Below, in pieces: positions 10,188 to 17,696 of a stretch of DNA of 19,058 nucleotides. A program made the translations under genes and the position numbers. Position 1 is the stretch's first letter. The number at the start of each line of letters is the position of its first letter. The stretch comes from Promethearchaeota archaeon (lineage in GTDB: Archaea; Asgardarchaeota; Lokiarchaeia; Sigyniarchaeales; SOKP01), in contig JBHLNT010000074.1 in the NCBI GenBank assembly GCA_048941265.1, forward strand, positions 1-19,058, given 5' to 3'. Below the pieces are notes generated by a model. It searched no databases. It saw only the letters and a list, made by a program, of their open reading frames with translations, and was not told the origin of the DNA.

Positions 10188-11378
10188 TTGTTATTGGTGT
10201 TGAATATAAGAGTAAAATTTGCTGAAAGAATAGGTAGGCTGCCACCATATATATTTGCCGAAATAGAGCAATTAAAATTAGAAAAAAAAAAGCAAGGAAT
10301 TGATTTAATCCCGTTAGGTATTGGGGATCCTGATTTGACAACTCCAGAATTAATCCTAAATGAGCTTATTGAACAAGTTAAAGTTCCTGAAAATCAAAAT
10401 TATCCAACTAGTGCCGGAGAAGAGTTCTTTAGAGAAGCCGTGGCTAGATGGTGTAAAGTGAGATATGGTCTAAATTTAGATTTAAACAGACAAGTCACAA
10501 ACGTACTTGGAGGAAAAGAAGGAGTGGCCAATATTGCTAGGGCGTTTGTTAATCCTGGAGATATTGTTCTTTGCCCAAATCCGGGGTATCCTGTATATGA
10601 AAATGGTGCTACTAAATTATGTGATGGAAATCCTTACGTAATGCCATTAAAAAAAGAAAATAATTTTCTTCCTGATTTAGAAGCTATTAGCACAAAATTT
10701 CTGAAAAAAGCTAAATTTATGTATTTAAATTATCCAAACAATCCTACTGGGGCTATTGCATCGATGGATTATCTCAAAAAGGCAGTAGATTATGCTGAAG
10801 ACTATAACTTTTTTATAGTGTACGATAATCCCTATTCTGAATTTACTTATGGCGATTATATTGCTCCTAGCATACTGCAAATTAGTCAAGATCATCTTGA
10901 AATTTATAGTGCATCAAAAATGTTTAATATGACAGGCTTTAGGTGCGGATGGGCAATAGGAAACGCAGAAATTATTGATGGATTAAGAAAAGTGAAATCT
11001 CAAATAGATTCAGGTTGTCCTATATTTATCCAAAAAGCAGTCGTGAAGGGTTTAAACGAATATTCTTCAGAGAAGAAACCTGAGATTGTTGCAAAAACAA
11101 TGGAAGTTTATGAAAAGCGCAGAGATATATTTGTCGATGGTCTAAACAAAATGGGATGGAAAACTGAAAAACCTCAAGCAACTTTTTATATTTGGACGCA
11201 AATTCCAGAGGGAGAGAAAAATAGCATGGAATTTGTTAAAAAGTTAATAGATGTAGGAGTAGTTCTTACCCCTGGAATAGGTTTTGGTGAATATGGGGAA
11301 GGTTTTGTACGAATTGCCTTAACTCAACCAATTGAAAGGTTACAAGAAGCATTAATAAGAATAGAAAAAGTCATTTAG
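10188..11378 (+). CDS. dapL: PLP-dependent class I/II aminotransferase, probably LL-diaminopimelate aminotransferase
   Basis: LPPYIFAEI, LGIGDPD, NYPNNPTGA, YDNPYSE, PLP-lysine motif SASKMFNMTGFRCGW, TPGIGFGEYGEGFVRIAL. Substrate is inferred from family resemblance. Confidence 0.7.
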   Translation: MLLVLNIRVKFAERIGRLPPYIFAEIEQLKLEKKKQGIDLIPLGIGDPDLTTPELILNELIEQVKVPENQNYPTSAGEEFFREAVARWCKVRYGLNLDLNRQVTNVLGGKEGVANIARAFVNPGDIVLCPNPGYPVYENGATKLCDGNPYVMPLKKENNFLPDLEAISTKFLKKAKFMYLNYPNNPTGAIASMDYLKKAVDYAEDYNFFIVYDNPYSEFTYGDYIAPSILQISQDHLEIYSASKMFNMTGFRCGWAIGNAEIIDGLRKVKSQIDSGCPIFIQKAVVKGLNEYSSEKKPEIVAKTMEVYEKRRDIFVDGLNKMGWKTEKPQATFYIWTQIPEGEKNSMEFVKKLIDVGVVLTPGIGFGEYGEGFVRIALTQPIERLQEALIRIEKVI

Positions 11379-11400
11379 TACTTGTTAGAAAATTTTTCAT

Positions 11401-11586
11401 TTATTTGGATTTTTGTTTATATTTTTTCCATAGAAATCCCATTCGAATTTCCTCCTCTATTTCGATTTCTGCTGGCACATTATCAGACATATCGAATATA
11501 TTTATATAAGAAAACTCATTAAATGGTTTATCTTTTTCTTTTTCTTCTTTTTCATAAAAATCGGCTGTTAGTTCCATATAGACCAA
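11401..11586 (-). CDS. Small hypothetical protein (58-61 aa), acidic with basic C-terminus
   Basis: ORF track. Shares F-x-Y-x-N-x-F-D-x(6-7)-A-E with the neighbouring 45-aa ORF. Alternative ATG at 11577. Confidence 0.6.
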   Translation of the reverse strand: MVYMELTADFYEKEEKEKDKPFNEFSYINIFDMSDNVPAEIEIEEEIRMGFLWKKYKQKSK

Positions 11587-11819
11587 AACTTAATATTTTT
11601 TTAAAAAATAAAGCTAAATTTGCTGTTCAAATAACGTTATAAATTAAAAGTTAAACCAATTATATAAATCTTCTGATTAAATTATCTGAATAGGTATATA
11701 AATAAATCTGAATAATAAAATAAATAATAATTCTTATATATACCATCCAATTCTAGAAAATTTACATAATCAATAATATTTTTTTGAAACTATGGAAAAT
11801 AAATACAATTTCTAATTTA

Positions 11820-11957
11820 TTACCATGCTATTTCTTTATCAAAAAGATGACATTCAGCAGATATCGGAAATTTAGTAGTATCAAAAAAGTTACTATAATC
11901 AAATGGCTCTTCAATGATTTCCGGCTTAATAATATCCTCTTCACGAATGGTGGTCAT
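11820..11957 (-). CDS. 45-aa microprotein MTTIREEDIIKPEIIEEPFDYSNFFDTTKFPISAECHLFDKEIAW (not in ORF track)
   Basis: Hand translation; strong SD AAAGAGGTG ending 4 nt before ATG; motif shared with 11401-11586. Confidence 0.7.
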   Translation of the reverse strand: MTTIREEDIIKPEIIEEPFDYSNFFDTTKFPISAECHLFDKEIAW

Positions 11958-12184
11958 TCTACACCTCTTTTCTGTTTTAATTTTTTATCGATTTTAGACC
12001 TCTCAGCAGCAAATTACTCGAATATGACCACTTTCAAATAAATCACACGCGCCAAGCAAACAAATCCGTGAAAAATTTATAAGAAAGAGGTTAGATTCGC
12101 TTGCTTGATCTATAATACTACTACTAGTACTAATACGCCTAAAACGCGTAACAATGTATTTGATGTAGTAGTATTCGAAGTCAT
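11958..12184 (-). ncRNA. Candidate structured cis-regulatory leader RNA (three hairpins, closing stem, anti-SD)
   Basis: Perfect 11-bp stem 12114-12124/12165-12175. 15-bp stem 12053-12067/12093-12107 whose three mismatches are G.U only on the minus strand. G.U-rich stem 12022-12029/12041-12048. Begins about 25 nt downstream of a TATA box. Confidence 0.6.
12110..12184 (-). CDS. Putative leader peptide/uORF MTSNTTTSNTLLRVLGVLVLVVVL (24 aa)
   Basis: ATG at the predicted transcription start (leaderless), TAG at 12110-12112; 5 Thr, 6 Leu and 6 Val codons. Confidence 0.45.
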   Translation of the reverse strand: MTSNTTTSNTLLRVLGVLVLVVVL

Positions 12185-12208
12185 TATTATAAAATATTAT
12201 ATAATAGT

Positions 12209-12224
12209 TTTATATAAACTTTTT
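12209..12224 (-). promoter_or_regulatory. Archaeal BRE-TATA promoter (AAAAAG-TTTATATAAA)
   Basis: Purine-rich BRE-like run directly followed by a consensus TATA box, about 25 nt upstream of the structured leader/uORF. Confidence 0.6.
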
Positions 12225-12271
12225 GTTATTTTACGTAAGGTTAAAAGTATTGAGTATGTATATTAGTTTCA

Positions 12272-12457
12272 TTAAAGCAATGTGTATAATTTTATTATCC
12301 TTGATAATTTATCATCAACATCGTGCTTTAACTCAATAATTCCCTTTTTAGTTTTTTTATAATAATAAAGCAATTTGTCATATTCTTCCTTTTGCTTAGA
12401 GAGCGATACTACCTGGTAATCAAGCTCGTTTTTATCAATTTTAATTGCGATATTCAA
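12272..12457 (-). CDS. Small hypothetical, likely helical/coiled-coil protein (61 aa)
   Basis: ORF track; GAGGGAAG RBS-like sequence shortly upstream of TTG; same orientation as neighbouring microproteins. Confidence 0.55.
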   Translation of the reverse strand: MNIAIKIDKNELDYQVVSLSKQKEEYDKLLYYYKKTKKGIIELKHDVDDKLSRIIKLYTLL

Positions 12458-12528
12458 GTTAATCTTCCCTCAGTTCTATTCTTTTAAATTTTAAATTATA
12501 TATTTTAGAAAATATATTTAAATTAGGA

Positions 12529-12708
12529 TCAAAAACTTTTAATTTTCCAGTTTCTCATAAAATCTTTGAAATATTTATCTGAAATTCCAAGCGAATTGAT
12601 ATTTACATCGTTATTATTTATTTTATTCCTAAAATTTTCCTTTTGAATTTGATCTGTCTTTTTTCTGAAAGTTAATTGCCAATCAAAAAAAGAATTTGGT
12701 TTTGACAT
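12529..12708 (-). CDS. 59-aa microprotein MSKPNSFFDWQLTFRKKTDQIQKENFRNKINNNDVNINSLGISDKYFKDFMRNWKIKSF (not in ORF track), paralogue of 12909-13088
   Basis: Hand translation; gapless alignment with the upstream ORF gives 24/59 identities. Confidence 0.8.
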   Translation of the reverse strand: MSKPNSFFDWQLTFRKKTDQIQKENFRNKINNNDVNINSLGISDKYFKDFMRNWKIKSF

Positions 12709-12908
12709 TGATTTAAAATCGAATTTACATTTTTGATAAAATAATAAAATTAGTTTATAAACAACTTTGTTTTCAAAGTTAATATTCGTACTAAAAGAAC
12801 GGATTTTTTACGGAAATGTTAAATCGTAATTTATTATTTAAAAACCTTTATTTAGAGTGATTTGGAACAAATAATTCGATTTAAATGAAGGAAAATAAAT
12901 TTATGTGG

Positions 12909-13088
12909 TTAAAGATTTTTTTCTTTCCATTTTTTCATAAAATTTTTATATATATTCTCATCAATTCCAAGAGAATTAACTTCTTTTTTATTTGTTATTC
13001 TCATTATCTTAATTTCGGAATTGTGATTTAATTGAGACTTTTTACGAAAATCCAATTCCCAATCAAAATAAGAAAGTGCTTTTGACAT
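12909..13088 (-). CDS. 59-aa microprotein MSKALSYFDWELDFRKK...NSLGIDENIYKNFMKKWKEKNL, paralogue of 12529-12708
   Basis: ORF track gives 13094; the ATG at 13088 aligns with the paralogue start. Conserved blocks SxFDWxLxFRKK and NSLGI...KxFMxxWK. Confidence 0.8.
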   Translation of the reverse strand: MSKALSYFDWELDFRKKSQLNHNSEIKIMRITNKKEVNSLGIDENIYKNFMKKWKEKNL

Positions 13089-13166
13089 GATCAAAATACT
13101 ATCTTATTCAACTATAAATCCCAAGAGGGTAAAAATTTTCTAATACCTAATTTTTAGGGAATATTC

Positions 13167-13176
13167 AAAAAAAAAA
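13167..13176 (-). terminator. Oligo-T terminator candidate after polB2
   Basis: Run of 10 T on the minus strand about 30 nt after the polymerase stop codon. Confidence 0.5.
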
Positions 13177-13205
13177 CCTGAATCAAAATCTTAAACCATT
13201 CGGAA

Positions 13206-15611
13206 TCAACTTAAATAACATGAAAGGTCTTTTTGACTCGATTTTCGATTAGCACGAGACTTCAATCGCTCTTCAAGTTCAGGAAACTCAAATGGGAATA
13301 TGTTTTGAAACGCCCTTTTTAATAACTCAATGTATTTTTTTTTATCGTACTGATGTTTTTTCTTGTCATACCAATCTGAAAGGATTACTTTCTTCTCTGG
13401 AAAATCGGGATCTGCCTCTGCATTCAAAATAATATATCTAACATTTTTTCCGGGAGTCGCCATGAATCCCGCTTGTTCTAATTGTTTTGCAGCCACTGCC
13501 TGATAGGAGTTTACCTTATATTTCGAAGGAGTTCTGGAGATTCGTTGACGAATAGTGAGTTCATCCTTTGAAATTTTGCCACTTTCAATTTTATCAGCAT
13601 ATTTGAAAAGGGTTTTCACAGCATTAGGTATTGTTTCCATGAATTCCTTTACAGAAGTTGCACTTTTAAAGATATCTATAAAAGCATATTGAGCTTTTTT
13701 GACTATTTTAGGGATATCTCTTCGTCGCACCTCAATTCCTCTTACCTTCGTTTCACCATCAGCTTTAATGCCCCAATAATGACTGAGAGCTGGAACATTA
13801 GGTTCTGCTTGAGAAGGAAGAAAAACAATGATATTAAATCTTCCCTCCCAGCTCATAGGAATATTTGTTTCCTCGGTGATTCGATTGGCAATTTCTTTTG
13901 TTACTCTTTCGAATTCTTCGGGAGATCTCCCTAAAGTATCTTGAATATAGATCGAATCCACAATTCCATGAATAATTCGACATCCATAGAATTCTGCTAT
14001 CTCTGCTGTGCGCATAATGAATTCGCGAGCAAATGCACAAACCGTTTGATGTGCTTCAATTTTTCCGAATCGAGCGTTTTTAAATCCTAGATACCCAAAG
14101 CTTACCACGAGCACCCATTTTAGCGCTATGTCAGTGAATTTATATCTGAGATCCCCAGTCCTTCTTACATGTTTCTTGCATTGCAATCTTTTGGTCAATG
14201 GTAAACTAATCGACTTTGAAATTATGCCTTCTCTTTTTGAACATATGTGAAAATTTAATCCTGGCACTTTTATACCCGTTCCATCATCTTTGCAACATTT
14301 GCAATTAATAGTTTCTGAAGAAATATTATAATTTGCCATTAAAGAGGGATACATTGAAGAGAAATCTAGTTCGACTACTTGATCGAAAACCCCGATTAAT
14401 GGCTCGAATATATGTCCCCCTCGATCACCTCTGATTAAATCAATACCATTCCGAAATCCTTCAGGACTTTTCTTAAAAGGAGGGATAAGATGATCAAGTT
14501 TATAGGCGTTATAGTATTGGATTGATTGAAGTGCACCGCCAATTGTAATTCTACATAATCTTTGTAGCGGCACTCGAGAGATGCGAGCAACTTCAATCAC
14601 TCCAGGAATGTTTCCTTCGCTAAAATGCAAGCTCCCGTAGGTTGTTGTGTCCAAATGGAATCGTCCAGTAAAATACACTTGTGTTTTTGATCGTCGTCTA
14701 ATTATTCCGTAGGACATATAATGATCTGAACCTCCTGAAAGCTCAAAAATGCAGTTCTTTAACGGTGTTTTTGTTCGAGAAAGATATAACTCCTTCGATA
14801 CATGATTTACTGACGCTCGAGCTGCCAGATAGGGGAAAATAAACTCATCACCGCCTTGTGTAAGAATAATGTCAGGATCGCGTTTTTCGATTAACTTACT
14901 GATTGCCTTTAAAGTCTCTGCTTCATCAGCTTCATCGATAAGAATCTTCCTTCTTCTTAGCCCATCGGCTCGAGGGATGTTGTTTCGCTTGTCTTTTTCA
15001 ACAATACTAATTTCAGCATAAGCAAGCGGATCATTGTAATAAGATCTGAGTCCCCGCTGCTGGATTTTTACATCGAGCCATACAGCCTTAAGAGGAGGTA
15101 AATCGTAAAACAGTTTCTCGTTGTCATCTTTAAGCTCAAACGAGATCAAGCTCATTTTGATGCTTTTATCTTGCTTGTCTTTTTCAATTTTGACCTTAAA
15201 GCTACAAAAAGACATAGGGAATAAATCATTTATATAAAAATACATCTGAGAGATTGGTAAGTCAGTGTTATACAACGTAAAATGACCAATTTCGTCAATT
15301 TCTTTAATGACCTTTTTGAATTCTGAAGGTTTTGATACAGACACACCAAAAATTTTTGTTTTTTTATGATCCTCCAACCTAACAAACTTCTCACAAACCC
15401 TTACTTTTTTTACGTTAGGATGCGCCTCGATAATACTTTTTAATCTCTTCAAATCACTACCAATATTCTTCTTTGGAACAGCAAAAAATTCGGGGTAGAA
15501 TTCTTGAAATATCTCCAAGATCCTTTTCTCCCTTTTTATCCAAAGGATTATTCCATCGCTACACGTTGAAACATCTAAAAGCCAGCCATCAAATTGTTCG
15601 AAACAATCCAA
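13206..15611 (-). CDS. polB2: Family B DNA polymerase, archaeal PolB2 group (degenerate exonuclease)
   Basis: Motif A ELDFSSMYPS, motif B LKWVLVVSFGYLG, variant motif C HGIVDS instead of YGDTDS, KVRGIEVRRRD, degenerate Exo motifs (WLDVKI, TQGGDEFIFPYL), C-terminal PIP-like QKDLSCYL. Confidence 0.88.
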   Translation of the reverse strand: MDCFEQFDGWLLDVSTCSDGIILWIKREKRILEIFQEFYPEFFAVPKKNIGSDLKRLKSIIEAHPNVKKVRVCEKFVRLEDHKKTKIFGVSVSKPSEFKKVIKEIDEIGHFTLYNTDLPISQMYFYINDLFPMSFCSFKVKIEKDKQDKSIKMSLISFELKDDNEKLFYDLPPLKAVWLDVKIQQRGLRSYYNDPLAYAEISIVEKDKRNNIPRADGLRRRKILIDEADEAETLKAISKLIEKRDPDIILTQGGDEFIFPYLAARASVNHVSKELYLSRTKTPLKNCIFELSGGSDHYMSYGIIRRRSKTQVYFTGRFHLDTTTYGSLHFSEGNIPGVIEVARISRVPLQRLCRITIGGALQSIQYYNAYKLDHLIPPFKKSPEGFRNGIDLIRGDRGGHIFEPLIGVFDQVVELDFSSMYPSLMANYNISSETINCKCCKDDGTGIKVPGLNFHICSKREGIISKSISLPLTKRLQCKKHVRRTGDLRYKFTDIALKWVLVVSFGYLGFKNARFGKIEAHQTVCAFAREFIMRTAEIAEFYGCRIIHGIVDSIYIQDTLGRSPEEFERVTKEIANRITEETNIPMSWEGRFNIIVFLPSQAEPNVPALSHYWGIKADGETKVRGIEVRRRDIPKIVKKAQYAFIDIFKSATSVKEFMETIPNAVKTLFKYADKIESGKISKDELTIRQRISRTPSKYKVNSYQAVAAKQLEQAGFMATPGKNVRYIILNAEADPDFPEKKVILSDWYDKKKHQYDKKKYIELLKRAFQNIFPFEFPELEERLKSRANRKSSQKDLSCYLS

Positions 15612-15613
15612 TT

Positions 15614-15898
15614 CTATTCTTTTCCATTTATTTTTTCTTCCAGTTCCTTAACCTTTCTCTCTAACATCTCAATTTTCTTCTCCTGCTCAATAGCAAAAGA
15701 CATGAAAAGAATTTCAGAAAGCATGGGTCTCGCACTTAAACTCCCCGCATCAGCATGAATTCGCGCGAAATTCATTAACTTATTCAAAATGTCTTGCTCG
15801 TGAGGACGAAGTGCCCTTTTAAAATCTTTCCAGCTTTCTATTTCATGTTCCAAGGCAGGACGAAAAGAAGGTACCGTGCGACCCATAATAATAACCAA
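15614..15898 (-). CDS. PolB2-associated small helical protein (arCOG07300-like); probable ATG at MGRTVPS
   Basis: MGRTVPSFR...WKDFKRALR...ARIHADA...EQEKKI pattern typical of the gene preceding polB2; stop codon 2 nt from the polB2 start. Confidence 0.75.
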   Translation of the reverse strand: MVIIMGRTVPSFRPALEHEIESWKDFKRALRPHEQDILNKLMNFARIHADAGSLSARPMLSEILFMSFAIEQEKKIEMLERKVKELEEKINGKE

Positions 15899-15970
15899 AG
15901 AGATTAGTTAATTATCAATTTTAAAAGGGATTAGATCGAGAATTTTCTGATTTTCAATGATGTTCCTTCA

Positions 15971-17059
15971 TTATGTAAAGAATTGACTAATTAGGTTATC
16001 GGCTTTCCCGAACGGTTTTAATTGACCATTCCAATCCTCAAGATTCTCTCCTCCGAATAGTTTTTCAAATGATAAATGAAACATCTTTAACCGATATTTA
16101 AATTCGGAAAAAAGGCTTGATGTGATTAATATACATAATGTAGATATTCCATGAGAAAAGATTATATTTTTATCTCCGTGCGATATTTCTTTAAGATAAC
16201 CATTGCTAGATAAAATCTCTCTTAATATAACGTCAAATCCGCCAAATGCTCCGCTTATTAAATCTCCCTCTATGCTAATTTCTGATAATTTGAACTCATA
16301 ATGGTATATTAACCTAGATGATTTAAGATGGATTACTAAAAGGCGCTCCAACTTTACCATCCAATCTAGTTCGGATAAACTGGGTAATTTACTCCACGTC
16401 CATGTCATTAAAAGGCCTCCCACAATGATTAAGAGGCTGTTTATAACTAAAATATTCCAAATACCAAAATAGTAGAGGAATATATCAACCATTAAAAAAT
16501 TTGAAAATCCCACTAAACTTAAACCAATATAAAACAACTCTATGATTTTTGAACGTCTTATAATTTCAAAGGACCTGTATTTATTTAAAAATATTTTCGT
16601 AACCATTATCACAGGTACAACTATAAAAATATAAACAAAAACAATAGTAATAATATGAAAATACACAAGGAAACCTAAAAAAGGTGCTCCTATACCTGTA
16701 ATAATGGAGAGTAGAAAGACATTTTTTTCTTTTTCTTTAATAGAACCATGTAAATATTCGTCTAACTCTGTAAAAAATATAAAGCAATACATACCACATA
16801 AAAATAATGCGTTAATTACTATATAATACATTAAATGAGGTAACAGTTCAGGATATAAATGGGGAAATGCCATTAAATAATGAAAAAGCGCTTGGGTTAT
16901 AAGAAAGATTCCAAAACCGGTGGTTGTTGATAAAATGCTGGTTTCCCTTATTTTTTTCATTACTTGAAATGCCATAAAAAAAATGATAAGTACCGCAAAA
17001 AATCGTAATAAAAGAATTATATCGCGATTAATCCCGTATTCAATGATTTGAAGAAGCAT
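15971..17059 (-). CDS. Multi-pass (about 7 TM) membrane protein with C-terminal longin/roadblock-like domain
   Basis: About seven hydrophobic segments in residues 10-225, then LLVIHLKSSRLIY...DLISGAFGGFDVILREI...LKEISHGDKNIIF...FHLSFEKLF with longin-like beta-beta-alpha-beta-beta-beta-alpha pattern. Confidence 0.65.
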   Translation of the reverse strand: MLLQIIEYGINRDIILLLRFFAVLIIFFMAFQVMKKIRETSILSTTTGFGIFLITQALFHYLMAFPHLYPELLPHLMYYIVINALFLCGMYCFIFFTELDEYLHGSIKEKEKNVFLLSIITGIGAPFLGFLVYFHIITIVFVYIFIVVPVIMVTKIFLNKYRSFEIIRRSKIIELFYIGLSLVGFSNFLMVDIFLYYFGIWNILVINSLLIIVGGLLMTWTWSKLPSLSELDWMVKLERLLVIHLKSSRLIYHYEFKLSEISIEGDLISGAFGGFDVILREILSSNGYLKEISHGDKNIIFSHGISTLCILITSSLFSEFKYRLKMFHLSFEKLFGGENLEDWNGQLKPFGKADNLISQFFT

Positions 17060-17213
17060 AAATAAACTTGATATCGACCATCTGTTTGATTTATTTGAAA
17101 AAGTTTACTCTTATAAATCTATCTTAGTAAATTTAAAATATTTTTTAGAGATTCTAAATCTATTTTAACTATATCTCAAATATATTATAATAAGAATCTT
17201 CGAAGTTATAGGA

Positions 17214-17582
17214 ATGAAGGTTATGGCATATAAAATAATTGATTCGCTTTGTTATGTACCGACTGAGGAGGTTTTTATTGATTTATTGGTATCATTGCCT
17301 CCTCAAATGTCAAGATATTTAAAGGATGTATTTGATCCGAGAGTTGCTCCATTATTAGGTATAACTGCTGAAGAGCTTTATAACATGAAAATGTCTCTTA
17401 GTCCACATGAGCTTAGAAAAGCTGTTGAGCCTTTTTTGCCGAAGATTAGAAGATTAACGATGACGGTAGAAGAATTTGTAATACAACTTAATAAAATGGG
17501 AGTAGAAAAAGCGGTAATTTTTAATCTTGATGAACAAACACCAAGTGGAATAGCAGGACTTCCTAATGACTATTATAAATAA
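17214..17582 (+). pseudogene. N-terminal fragment of an amidohydrolase_2 (TIM barrel) family protein
   Basis: IIDSLCY start motif and MGVEKAVIF...PNDYY, then a stop at 122 aa followed by AT-rich sequence with no evident continuation. Confidence 0.55.
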
Positions 17583-17696
17583 ATTTCTTTTTGGATATAT
17601 TAACATTTATTTAAATTTAATAATTTAATTTCAAAATAAAAACAGTTTTAAAACCTCTAAGCGAATAATTAATAAAATACAAATAGTGCATTATTT

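Noticed and set aside
11784-12041. 85-aa plus-strand ORF from the track
   Set aside because: Antisense shadow of the better-supported 45-aa minus-strand ORF, which has a strong SD and a shared motif; no RBS or recognisable features.
12013-12184. Multi-arm RNA as tRNA, SRP RNA, RNase P RNA or SECIS
   Set aside because: No D/T-loop consensus or tRNA-length arms, too short and AT-rich for SRP or RNase P cores, and no in-frame UGA selenoprotein candidate seen nearby.
11400-13200. CRISPR array or RiPP precursor cluster
   Set aside because: No regularly spaced direct repeats or cas genes, and no peptide-modifying enzymes or exporters adjacent.
13206-15898. Casposon, virus or other self-synthesising element around the PolB gene
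   Set aside because: The polymerase is PolB2-type rather than protein-primed, and no Cas1, integrase, capsid gene or terminal repeats are visible.
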